A stretch of DNA of 64,000 nucleotides, taken from positions 192,001 to 256,000 of the forward strand of contig CBDFIQ010000002.1 in assembly GCA_965248195.1 (NCBI GenBank). The letters are read 5' to 3'. A program made the position numbers and the translations under genes. Shown in pieces: positions 1 to 8,516 of this stretch (positions are counted from its first letter, which is position 1; each line of letters starts with the position of its first letter). The notes under the pieces are model-generated. The model was not told where the DNA came from. It did no database searches and saw only the letters and a program-made list of their open reading frames with translations. The DNA is from Longimicrobiales bacterium (GTDB taxonomy: Bacteria > Gemmatimonadota > Gemmatimonadetes > Longimicrobiales > Gaopeijiaceae).

Positions 1-2
1 TG

Positions 3-1292
3 TTAGCCTGCCTTTCTCATTTCGGCAACCGGTTCATGGTCGTCGAGGTGGGCCCTGAGCATCCAGAGCTGGTCGTAGCCGATGATCCTCCGGTAGCTCT
101 TCTCGGTCTCCACGAACGAGGCCGCAGCCCAGCGCAAGGCCATCGCTCCGTTCTTCCAGTTGGTCACCCTGCGGGTCTTCTGTCTTACGCCCGAGTGGGT
201 GCTGTCGATCAGGTTGGTCGAGCCCAGGCACTTCCTCAGCCGCGGCGGGAGGCCGAGCCGGTTGATCGTGAACATCTCGCTGAGGCCTTCGCGTAGGCTG
301 GCCGAGGCCGAGGGGTGGTCGCGCTCGAGCCATCGGGCGAGCTGCTCGAGCTTCTGCTCGCCCTGCTTCGCGTCCAGCTTCATCGCCGCCCGGAACGCCG
401 CCTTCACCTGAGGATGCTGATCCTTCGGCAGATGACCCAGCACGTTGCGGAGCTTGTGGTTGCGGCAGCGCTGGATGGGGTGACGTTGGCCGAACACCTT
501 CTCGATCGCCTTCCTGAGCGCTTTCGAGCCATCGATCACGAACAGCCGCCGCCTGCCCGGGTCCAGGCCGCGCTCGACCAGATCCTCTAGGAGCGCGCTG
601 GTCACCTCGGCGTTCTCACTCGCTCCTTCCCTCACGCCCAGCACGTGCTTCTTTCCGTCTGAGTCCACGCCTACCGCAGCAAGCACGTGGTGCGAGCCCA
701 TCTGGATCCCGTCCAGGTAGATCACCAGGAGGTCCCACGCATCCAGCCGGCGCTCCATCAGCTCCTTCAGCACGCGCTCCGAGGCCTCGACCGTCTCACG
801 GCTCACCGCCGACTTGCTCACCCCGACCGTGTCGGCCATCTCACCGATCACACGGCCGTACTTCCGCGTGCTCACCCCCGCCATCAGGACCTCGAGCATC
901 CGATCCGCCACGGCGCCCGGTCTCCGCATCGCTGCGTACGCCGGCACCTCGACCTCGCCACCCTCCCCGGCGCCCCGGCGCCTGAGCCGTGGCCGCTCCA
1001 CACGCACCTTCCGGTCCGACAGGTAAACCACACCACCCTGCCGGCCATACCACACCGTGTCGTCTTCCGCTCGTGACCGACCTGCCTGCTTCACGCCTGC
1101 CACACCCTCGGCGCTCATCTCCAGCACCGCTTCGATCGTCGCTCGTCCCATCACCTGGATGACTTCGTCGATCGCGACCTCCGTCTGCTCCACGAGCTCA
1201 AGCATCGGAAGCAGAAACTGCCCCTCCCGCTTCAGGAACTCCCTGATCGCGCGCTTGTCCGCCCGATCCCTTACCTCGTACGTTCTCTTCAT
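3..1292 (-). CDS. IS256 family (Mutator-like DDE) transposase
   Basis: 429 aa. Motifs GVSTR, GVSKSAVSR, YLDG, FVIDG, QRCRNHKLRN, STNLIDS. Confidence 0.95.
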   Translation of the reverse strand: MKRTYEVRDRADKRAIREFLKREGQFLLPMLELVEQTEVAIDEVIQVMGRATIEAVLEMSAEGVAGVKQAGRSRAEDDTVWYGRQGGVVYLSDRKVRVERPRLRRRGAGEGGEVEVPAYAAMRRPGAVADRMLEVLMAGVSTRKYGRVIGEMADTVGVSKSAVSRETVEASERVLKELMERRLDAWDLLVIYLDGIQMGSHHVLAAVGVDSDGKKHVLGVREGASENAEVTSALLEDLVERGLDPGRRRLFVIDGSKALRKAIEKVFGQRHPIQRCRNHKLRNVLGHLPKDQHPQVKAAFRAAMKLDAKQGEQKLEQLARWLERDHPSASASLREGLSEMFTINRLGLPPRLRKCLGSTNLIDSTHSGVRQKTRRVTNWKNGAMALRWAAASFVETEKSYRRIIGYDQLWMLRAHLDDHEPVAEMRKAG

Positions 1293-1293
1293 C

Positions 1294-1360
1294 GTGGTGG
1301 CTCCGTGTTGGGGTTTTTGCCTACCCGAGCCTATCGGCCCGGGACCCCCGGAGCCACCAC
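1294..1360 (-). promoter_or_regulatory. 12-bp perfect inverted repeat that could sequester the transposase RBS
   Basis: GTGGTGGCTCCG (1294-1305) and CGGAGCCACCAC (1349-1360). The proximal arm contains GGAG just before the ATG at 1292. Confidence 0.6.
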
Positions 1361-1409
1361 TTTTCTTTCTCCCCTATCAGGAACCTTCAACTACGGTTGG
1401 GACAGCTTC

Positions 1410-1433
1410 AACGTCACGGTCGAAGTCAACTGA
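1410..1433 (+). pseudogene. 3' remnant of a probable OsmC-family gene interrupted by the IS256
   Basis: AAC GTC ACG GTC GAA GTC AAC TGA = NVTVEVN* directly after the IS end. This matches the ...TNPTNVTVEVN C-terminus I recall for OsmC-like proteins encoded upstream of this flavoprotein family. Confidence 0.55.
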
Positions 1434-1447
1434 CCCGGGAAAGCGGG

Positions 1448-2743
1448 ATTCGAGGACAGGGTCCCGCCCGCACAACTACGGTCGTCATCGGGGCTGGCCA
1501 CGCCGGTTTGGCCATGAGCCGCTGCCTCGCCGACCGCTCGATCGACCATGTGGTCCTCGAGCGGGGTGAGGTGGCCAACACCTGGAAGACCGAGCGGTGG
1601 GACTCGCTGCGGCTACTGACGCCCAACTGGCAGAGTCGATTGCCGGGCTACGGATACGAGGGCGACGATCCTGACGGCTTCCGCACCATGCCCGAGACGA
1701 TCGACTTCATCGAGCGGTACGCCGAGGTGATTTCGGCCCCGGTCCACGCCGGAACCACCGTGACCGCGGTGCGCGGTAGCGGCGAGGGCTACATCGTCGC
1801 CACCGACCAGGGCGATTGGCGATGCCGGACGGTCGTTATCGCTAGCGGAGCGTTTGCCATCCCGCGAATCCCGGCGGTCGCGGAGGCGGTGCCGTTCTCG
1901 ATCGCGACGCTCACGCCGAAGGAGTACCACAACCCGGACCAGCTCGAGCAGGGTGGCGTGCTGATCGTCGGCGCCTCGGCAAGCGGCACACAGATTGCCT
2001 CAGAGATCCACCGCTCGGGTCGGCCCGTGACACTCGCCCTGGGCGAGCACATCCGGGCGCCCCGCGTCTATCGGGGAAAAGACATCAAATGGTGGATGGA
2101 CGGAGCCGGGGTGCTGGACGAGTTCTATACCGAGGTCGACAACATCGACCGGGTTCGGAACGTGCCATCGCTTCAGCTCACGGGCTCCGACGACCGTCGC
2201 ACCCTCGATCTCAACTCCCTGACGGACATCGGCGTGAAGCTCATAGGTCGTCTTGCCGGCATCAACGACGGTATGGCCCAGTTTTCGGGTGCGCTGCGGA
2301 ACCTGTGCGAGATGTCGGACCTCAAAATGAACAGGTTGCTCGACAGGATCGACGATTGGGCGACCGAAAACTCCCTCGACGACGCGGTCGATCCACCGCA
2401 CCGCCTCGAACCCACCAGGGTCGAGGCTTCGCCGCCGCTCGGTATGGACCTCACGAGCGGCGAGATCCGGACCATCCTTTGGGCGACCGGGTTCCGCCCC
2501 GACCACTCCTGGCTCGACGTCCCAGTTCTCGACCGCAAGGGCCGCATCCGGCACGACGGTGGCGTGGTTGAGGCTGCCGGGATGTATTTGATGGGCGTTC
2601 CGTTCCTCCGGCGTCGCAAATCGAGTCTCATCGACGGCGCCAGCGACGATGCCCGTGACTTGAGCGCCCACCTGGCGGCCTACCTCGATGGGAAATCTCC
2701 AGGCGCCGCTGTGCCTGAAGACAGAGTCTCGGCCGTCGGCTAG
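1448..2743 (+). CDS. FAD/NAD(P)-binding flavoprotein (FMO/CzcO-like oxidoreductase); start uncertain
   Basis: VVIGAGHAG, W..RWDSLRL, second Rossmann motif VGASASG, WATGF. The track start (TTG 1397) lies in the IS end. No in-frame ATG/GTG precedes the Rossmann motif; ATT at 1448 is a placeholder. Confidence 0.85.
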   Translation: MRGQGPARTTTVVIGAGHAGLAMSRCLADRSIDHVVLERGEVANTWKTERWDSLRLLTPNWQSRLPGYGYEGDDPDGFRTMPETIDFIERYAEVISAPVHAGTTVTAVRGSGEGYIVATDQGDWRCRTVVIASGAFAIPRIPAVAEAVPFSIATLTPKEYHNPDQLEQGGVLIVGASASGTQIASEIHRSGRPVTLALGEHIRAPRVYRGKDIKWWMDGAGVLDEFYTEVDNIDRVRNVPSLQLTGSDDRRTLDLNSLTDIGVKLIGRLAGINDGMAQFSGALRNLCEMSDLKMNRLLDRIDDWATENSLDDAVDPPHRLEPTRVEASPPLGMDLTSGEIRTILWATGFRPDHSWLDVPVLDRKGRIRHDGGVVEAAGMYLMGVPFLRRRKSSLIDGASDDARDLSAHLAAYLDGKSPGAAVPEDRVSAVG

Positions 2744-2757
2744 GCCACGGCGGGCGG

Positions 2758-3946
2758 CTACACCACAGCGGGCGGGGCCACGAACTCCTGGTCCAAGGTG
2801 CGCAGCAGGCCGACCTCGGCGTTCATCTCTCGGCTTAGGACCAGATGGTCCTCCTTGGCTTCATCCAGATCCCACTCGAACGAGGCGATGTGGTCCGTGA
2901 CGTCGAGCAGACCCTTCACCAGGCCGTCCCGGGTTTCTTGATAACCGGCTAACGCGCCCTCACCGCCGTCCACCACGGCCCGGGCTAGAAGCTCGGCGTC
3001 ACGCAGGGCATCGGTGATCCCGTGCGCGGTAATGGGATCCTTGAAGTAGCCTGCGTCACCGACCAGAGTCCATCCAGGTCCGGAAGCGCGTCGGAGGAAG
3101 CCGGTCGTGCCCGCGAAAGCTCGCAGCTTGCCGGAGGCCTCGCTTGCGTTGACGCTGCGCGCCAGTTCGCGAGACTTCGCTCAGCACGGCGTGGTAAAGG
3201 GCGTCGAGGCCATTCCTTCGCTCCTCTTCGAAGCGAGTCGGCGGAAGCGAAGCGAAGACGCACGTATCCCCATCATTCGTCGGGATGGATCCCACGGCGC
3301 CGCCTATGTTGTAGAGCCAGTGGAATCCCTCCCACCCCAGATCTTTCCAGTAGCCGTAGATGGAGGCGGTCGTGTGGAGGACGGTGTAGTCGAGCTCGGC
3401 TTCCAGAATCCGTGCGACGCGCGATCGGACACCGTCGGCCCCGATGACGAGATCGGCGGCCACATCGATCACGTGTTGGTCGGCTCCGGCGATGTTCGCA
3501 CCGCGGATGCGGCCGTGGGAATCCCGAAGGACATCGACGACGGAGTAGCCGTAGATCACCTCGGCACCGGCTGCCAGAGCGGCGTCGCAAAGTATCGTGT
3601 CCAGGACGGTCCGACGCGGAGCATACAACCCGTCTACATCGTCCCGCTCCTTGATCGAGACTTCGATGGCCTCCTCACCGTAATGGAAGGTGGTCGTCCG
3701 GATGGTGGGGGTCTCGGCCGCCCGGATCGCATCCAGCAGGCCCCAGCGGTGCAGTTGGAGCACGCCGCCCCGCATGAGCGCGTGGGTCGACAAGGTGTCG
3801 CTGCCTCGGCTGGTAGGGTCGACCACGAGGACCCGCATCCCCTGACGGGCGAGGAGCATCGCGGTGGACGCGCCCGCGCATCGCGCGCCGGCGATGACAA
3901 CGTCATAGCGGTTCCGCGTGATCGGCGACTGCACGGTGGAGGCCAT
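2758..3946 (-). CDS. NAD(P)/FAD-dependent oxidoreductase (geranylgeranyl reductase/monooxygenase-like), frameshifted near 3170
   Basis: N-part has YDVVIAGARCAG and VIGADG. Another frame continues ELARSVNASEASGKLRAFAGTTGFLRRASGPGWTLVGDAGYFKDPITAHGITDALRDAELL to a stop at 2758. Confidence 0.85.
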
Positions 3947-4002
3947 AGGCCGCAACATGCGGGTCGGCTACACGGGCATCAAGCTCCGTCCACCGCCTGA
4001 TC

Positions 4003-4722
4003 TCAGCCCGGCGTCCTGTCCCGAGTCGGGTCGGATCCCTGGGGAACGGGCCGCGCATTGGGCCGTCGGTCGGGACCCCCGGGTCTCCCGTCGTGGCGCA
4101 CGCGGCGGAGTGACACACCATCCCTCATGGCCCGGAGCATTTGTCCTGCGGCGTCCGGGGCCAGAGCCCCCTCACGCACCAGTCGGCGCAGTGCGGTGGG
4201 TACGTCGAGCAAGCCCTCCTCGCCGGTGGTCCTCACGAACGCTTCCCGCATCACCTCCATGGCCCGTCCCGCGGAAACCCCGGCATCCAGCAGATCGCCC
4301 ATGACCACGAGCGCCATGGGTGTCCGTGTGCCCGCTTCTCGCCCGATCGACGTCAGGGCGTCCGCCGCGACTCCGCGACGCAGGGCGTCGGCCCCGGCCA
4401 CGACCCATGCCGCATCAGGGGTGCCGCCCAGGAGGCCCTGAGCCCGCTGCATCCGTCCCGAAAACTCTCGGAGCGCCGGCATGACCCGTGCGGCGGGGAC
4501 CCGCTTCGCGGCCCCTTCGAGCGCCTTGTCGTACAGAGGGCCGACCGGAACTCCGTTGCGCCCGGCCTGCTCCACGACAGCTTCGATCTGTGCCGCCGCC
4601 TCGAGGGAGTAGGCCTGCCGGAGGCGGGCCACCTGATCCTGTGCGAGCAGAGCGTTCGCCGAGCTAGCGGCCAAAACCGCCGCCAGGATGAGGCTTCTCT
4701 TTACCGTCATTTCGTAAATCAT
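4003..4722 (-). CDS. Exported all-helical hypothetical protein, last gene of the ECF operon
   Basis: RBS AAGGGGG before ATG 4722. Signal peptide (KRSLILAAVLAASSANALLA-Q). Motif PLYDKALEGAAKRVP. Basic Pro-rich tail. Confidence 0.8.
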   Translation of the reverse strand: MIYEMTVKRSLILAAVLAASSANALLAQDQVARLRQAYSLEAAAQIEAVVEQAGRNGVPVGPLYDKALEGAAKRVPAARVMPALREFSGRMQRAQGLLGGTPDAAWVVAGADALRRGVAADALTSIGREAGTRTPMALVVMGDLLDAGVSAGRAMEVMREAFVRTTGEEGLLDVPTALRRLVREGALAPDAAGQMLRAMRDGVSLRRVRHDGRPGGPDRRPNARPVPQGSDPTRDRTPG

Positions 4723-4736
4723 CTTGAGTCCCCCCT

Positions 4737-5919
4737 TCACGGGACAACGATTGTAGCGTTCATCTGTCCCCAGTCGTCGCTCACTTGACCCGGGGCCCCC
4801 TCCGGCACGAACCACTCACCGTCGACCAGGAAGCCGAAGTGGTACGTACCGGCCGCCAACGGAATCTCCAGGACCCACGCCCGACCATCTTGGACCATGG
4901 CTTGGGGCTCCCAGCCCGAGAAATCACCTAGGACCTCTATGCGTTGAAGCAGGCCGGTCTTCCACACGGAATTGGGCCGCGGCTCCTCCTGACGTCGACC
5001 GTAACGCCACCACCGGTGTCGCCCCGCGCGGACCGAACCGGACCAGACGGCGACCGATGACCAGGCCTCCCTGTCCACCGGGCTCGCTTCGCACCAGCGG
5101 ATCCGGGTCGGTGCGGCCGCCCACCAACCGGGCGAACCAGTTGGGACCACCCAGCGGCAACGTCACCGAGATGATTCCCGTGGTTTCGCTTCCCAGCGGC
5201 GTGTCCCACACGCTGAGGGTGGCTGTGATGAGGGAACGGTCCGTGCCGGCGCGGACCTGGAGCTCGCTCCTTCGATACGTCCCGGTCTCCGTCTCCAGGA
5301 CGCCATAGGACGCCGACGTCAGCGTCCTTCCGAGCCGTAACTGCAGCTCGGGCCCCCAACCGTGGTGCCAGAGGTCTTGTGAGAACACCCTCACCGCATC
5401 AAGCCGTCGCAGCTCGACCGTGGACGTTCCCTTGCCTCCCTCGCCATAAAGGACGATGGCGACCGGTCCCACGGGAATGCGCACTTCTGGCCGCGCCACC
5501 ATGGTCAGAGCCTGATAGGTGTACGGCTCGCCGACGGCAAAGCCGTACATGGACGCCGACAAGCTGAGCTGGACCGGTCCACCCGCACCGGTCACCGCCT
5601 CTCCGCCGAGAGCGAAGCTCCCCCAATCCCCGCCTATGGCGCCGGTGGTCATCCCTCCGAAGACGCCCGCGAAGACCCCACTTCCCGAGGGCGTCCAGCG
5701 ATCCACCTGCAGCCCGGCCGTGAGGTAGGTCGCGGCCGGGATGTCGGTGCCCGACGGGGCAAATGCTCGGGAGCCCCCGACCTCGATGCGCACCTCACCC
5801 CCCTGGCCGAACGCACCGGCAGGGCGCAATGCGAGCGCCAGGAGAATCGCTCCCGCCGTCCGGCTGAAACATGCCCCGAGGGCGAGGCGGGCTCCGCGGG
5901 CGGAGGGTCGGGTACGCAT
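4737..5919 (-). CDS. Exported beta-strand-rich (putative outer-membrane) protein with C-terminal CBM48/AMPK-type glycogen-binding domain; 1-nt frameshift at ~4947
   Basis: Signal peptide and alternating beta-strand pattern in ORF 4924..6015. Removing one T from GCT-T-CAA joins it to QRIEVLGDFSGWEP...YHFGFLVDGEWFVP...DDWGQMNATIVVP. Confidence 0.8.
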
Positions 5920-5921
5920 GC

Positions 5922-6536
5922 TCACAGCGTCGTCGGCGGAGCGACGGCCAAGACGGCGTTTTGGTTGCCGAAGCCGTCGTCCGCGTAGCGCTGGGCTCCG
6001 GGATCGGTGACCCAATCGGTGCCGTCGATGACGAACATGTACTTGTGGAGGCCGGGCGTGATCGGGACTCGTCCGGTCCAGATCCCATCGCCATCAGCGT
6101 CCTCGAGGACGAAGTCGCTCTCCCATCCACTGAAGTCACCGGCCACGGCAACCGTCGTGGCTCCGGGGGCTTCGAGGGAAAACTCCACCAGGATCTCGGT
6201 GACGGCGACGGGCCCGAGCTGCTGCTCGACCGGTGTTCTGTTCGGTAACAGCACGACCACGGCTACGGCCGCAGCGGCCATGGCCAGGCTCGTCAGCGGG
6301 GAGAGACGGATGTTGCGCGGCCTGAGCAGCCAGTCGAAAACGCTCTCCCTGGGTGCGCTGGCCAACGCGATCTCGCTCATGACCGCATTCTCCATCCATG
6401 GCGGGGCCTGTTTCGGCTCGTCGGCCTTCATCTCTCCGGTGAGCCTTCGCCAGGCTTCAGCCTCGGCCTGAGCTTCGGGGCTGAGCTCTTCAAGCTCCCG
6501 TTCCCCGTCCATGTAGTCATTCAGTTCATTGTTCAT
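5922..6536 (-). CDS. Putative anti-sigma factor: N-terminal cytoplasmic domain, one TM helix, C-terminal CBM48/AMPK-type glycogen-binding domain
   Basis: Start overlaps the sigma stop (ATGA). N-terminal LNDYMDGE is anti-sigma-like. TM LAMAAAAVAVVVLL. CBM48 motifs VAVAGDFSGW, YMFVIDGTDWVTDP, DDGFGNQNAVL. Confidence 0.85.
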   Translation of the reverse strand: MNNELNDYMDGERELEELSPEAQAEAEAWRRLTGEMKADEPKQAPPWMENAVMSEIALASAPRESVFDWLLRPRNIRLSPLTSLAMAAAAVAVVVLLPNRTPVEQQLGPVAVTEILVEFSLEAPGATTVAVAGDFSGWESDFVLEDADGDGIWTGRVPITPGLHKYMFVIDGTDWVTDPGAQRYADDGFGNQNAVLAVAPPTTL

Positions 6537-7097
6537 TGGTACACCTTCAACAATGTCTGCAGCTCGTCTCGAGCGCGTAGCACCCTCATTTTCAGAGCCG
6601 ACTTAGAGGCGCCCAGCAGGGTGGCCATCTCGCCGTACGATCGGCCTTCCAAGTGCTTCAACACAAAGGCCTCACGCTGTTCAGGGCTCAGCCTCTCCAA
6701 CGCCTGCTGAACCCGGTCCCTCAACTCCTCTCGCTCCAGGTCCGCGTCCGGCCTCGACCCTTTTCGCCTCTCGAGGGCCAATGCCAGCTTTGCCGACGCT
6801 CCCTCTAGCGAGAGGTCGGCCCTGCGTGGACTCTTCAAGAAATCCTTACAGAGGTTCGCGGCGATCCGGAAGAGCCAGCCACCCACCCACCCGTTCGGGG
6901 TCACGGCAGCGATTCAGCTTCTGAAAGCCGCTCACCAGGGTCTTCTGCACGATGTCGGACGCGTCGTCCGGCTGGCCCACCATCCGGTAGGCGTGTCTGT
7001 ACAGAACATCCTGATACCGGCGGACCAGCACGCGATACATCTCGTGCCGCCCACCCAGGACCTCCCGGACCACCTCGCCGTCGCTGAGTTCTTCCAT
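6533..7097 (-). CDS. ECF (sigma-70 group 4) sigma factor, interrupted by a 4-nt repeat-unit frameshift at 6881-6892
   Basis: Region 2 (LVRRYQDVLYRHAYRMVG..DASDIVQ...WLFRIAANLCKD) is split over two frames. Region 4 LSPEQREAFVLKHLEGRSYGEMA..LKMRVLRAR. Confidence 0.9.
6873..6892 (-). repeat. (GGGT)3(GGCT)2 tetranucleotide microsatellite in the ECF sigma gene
   Basis: Plus strand reads agccagcc acccacccaccc. Loss of one GGGT unit restores ...R V G G W L F R I... Confidence 0.8.
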
Positions 7098-7133
7098 TGA
7101 CATTAAGAGAAAGTTACCGGGACCTCATACGTA

Positions 7134-7163
7134 AGACGAGGGAAACGTGCCGGGGGTCACATT
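7134..7163 (-). promoter_or_regulatory. Predicted autoregulatory ECF promoter (GTGACC-N16-CGTC) of the sigma operon
   Basis: Minus strand AATGTGACCC-ccg-GCAC-gtt-TCCCTCGTCT, 24/30 identical to 8454-8483. Confidence 0.75.
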
Positions 7164-7216
7164 CGTTTTCGGGGCGGGAGACGGACGGTGCACCCGAACG
7201 CCCCTGGGGAGGTTGG

Positions 7217-7262
7217 GAAACGGCGAACGCCGGAGGGGCTTTTCGCCCCCCCGGCGCTGCCG
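7217..7262 (-). terminator. GC-rich hairpin, probable terminator of the lipoprotein gene
   Basis: Minus strand CGGCAGCGCCGGGGGGCG-AAAA-GCCCCTCCGGCGTTCGCCG followed by TTT, ~50 bp after the stop at 7313. Confidence 0.65.
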
Positions 7263-7312
7263 GTGGCGTCGGATGGTCGACGACACTGTGCCGCTCTCGG
7301 CGATATGCGGCT

Positions 7313-8404
7313 TCAGCCGACGATTACCGCTCCAACGACTGCGGCTCTCCAGATCAGCTGGATGCCTCTCGGATGGCCGTTCTCTATGTGCTTGACACCG
7401 GTTTCGAATGCGGCTACGGCCCGTGTCAGCAACTTCTCGAAGAACTCGTTGGGGTTGAGCTCCAACGCAGCCCTGGCGGCCTCGAGCTCGGTTTTGGCCA
7501 GGTCGATGAGGACCTGGAACTCTGAGCTGGCCACATCGGTGAGGGCACGGATTCTGTCATCCGTCACCCGATCAGGCCGGATCACCGCAGTCAGCGACAC
7601 GCTCACGGCCTTGTGGCCGAAGATGATGGCCCGTCGGAAGTGACCGTTCTGGAAGGCTTCCGCAGACGCCGCAGCCAGGCGCGCGGCCGTGTCCAAGAGG
7701 TGCTGCTGGCGCTCGCTGATGTCCGTCCCGCTCAGGAGACGGTTCGCGAGCTCGACCGCCTTGTCGGCCATAGCTACCACCAACCGGGCCCCCTTCTCCG
7801 GATCGGCGTCATGACGCCTGACACGGCTCCGGTCGGTGCGCCGATGCGCATCGATGACCCGCTTACCCGCGGTCACGTCGTCGCCGCGATCGCGTGCGTC
7901 CGTCGCGTCGTCCAAGAACCGATCGACGTCTCTCGCCAAATCACTGGGTCGATCGAAGTCGTCAGTATCACCCGCCGCGAGCAGCCGGCGCACGTCCCGT
8001 ACACGATCGATGAAGTCGTCCAGGCTGGAGCGGTCCCGTCCCTTCGCAAGAGCCCGGCCCAGCGCGTCCCGCGCCCGGTCGCCGAGCGAACGAACCCGCT
8101 CATAATCGCCCCGCGTCAGCTCGACGCGGGCCTCGTTGAATAAGCTATCGGCCGTAAAGATCTCGACGGAGGCCGCGGCCGTCATGTTGGCACTCATGGA
8201 GCTGGATACGTCTTGGATGAGGGCCGCGGTCAGATCGGGATCTGTAGCCATCTCGATCTGCACGTCCTCCATCGGAGGTATTTCGTCGAAGCCCAGATCG
8301 CTGGGCGTATCGGTGCACCCGCTGACGAAGAGTGCTCCCCATAAGAGGAAGATCAACATCAGGAATCCGGTGGCTCCGTTGCTGGAAGCTGGCGCTCTGT
8401 ACAT
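7313..8404 (-). CDS. Hypothetical alpha-helical lipoprotein, probable target of the ECF sigma
   Basis: RBS AAGGAGAG. Hydrophobic leader with lipobox FVSG-C. Repeated helical-hairpin-like segments. Same promoter motif as the sigma gene. Confidence 0.8.
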   Translation of the reverse strand: MYRAPASSNGATGFLMLIFLLWGALFVSGCTDTPSDLGFDEIPPMEDVQIEMATDPDLTAALIQDVSSSMSANMTAAASVEIFTADSLFNEARVELTRGDYERVRSLGDRARDALGRALAKGRDRSSLDDFIDRVRDVRRLLAAGDTDDFDRPSDLARDVDRFLDDATDARDRGDDVTAGKRVIDAHRRTDRSRVRRHDADPEKGARLVVAMADKAVELANRLLSGTDISERQQHLLDTAARLAAASAEAFQNGHFRRAIIFGHKAVSVSLTAVIRPDRVTDDRIRALTDVASSEFQVLIDLAKTELEAARAALELNPNEFFEKLLTRAVAAFETGVKHIENGHPRGIQLIWRAAVVGAVIVG

Positions 8405-8453
8405 GGTTCTCTCCTTAAAAAAGCAGTGTGTTTCCGAATCGAGGCTGGGAACT

Positions 8454-8483
8454 AGACGAGGGAGGGGTGCTAAGGGTCACATT
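8454..8483 (-). promoter_or_regulatory. Second copy of the GTGACC-N16-CGTC ECF promoter
   Basis: Minus strand AATGTGACCC-tta-GCAC-ccc-TCCCTCGTCT, ~50 bp upstream of ATG 8404. Confidence 0.75.
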
Positions 8484-8516
8484 AGGGCAGCGCGGAACGC
8501 GGGCCTGGGCCCTAAC

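Larger units (their letters stand above)
1..1409 (-). mobile_element. IS256-family insertion sequence; one end at ~1409, the other end outside the window
   Basis: Contains an IS256 transposase. The minus strand begins GAAGCTGTCCCAACCGTAGTTGAAGG at ~1409, resembling IS256-type terminal repeats. Host coding sequence (NVTVEVN*) resumes at 1410. Confidence 0.8.

Noticed and set aside
1397..1447. Track start (TTG 1397) of the flavoprotein
   Set aside because: It falls inside the IS terminal repeat and overlaps the osmC-like remnant, so it is unlikely to be the native start.
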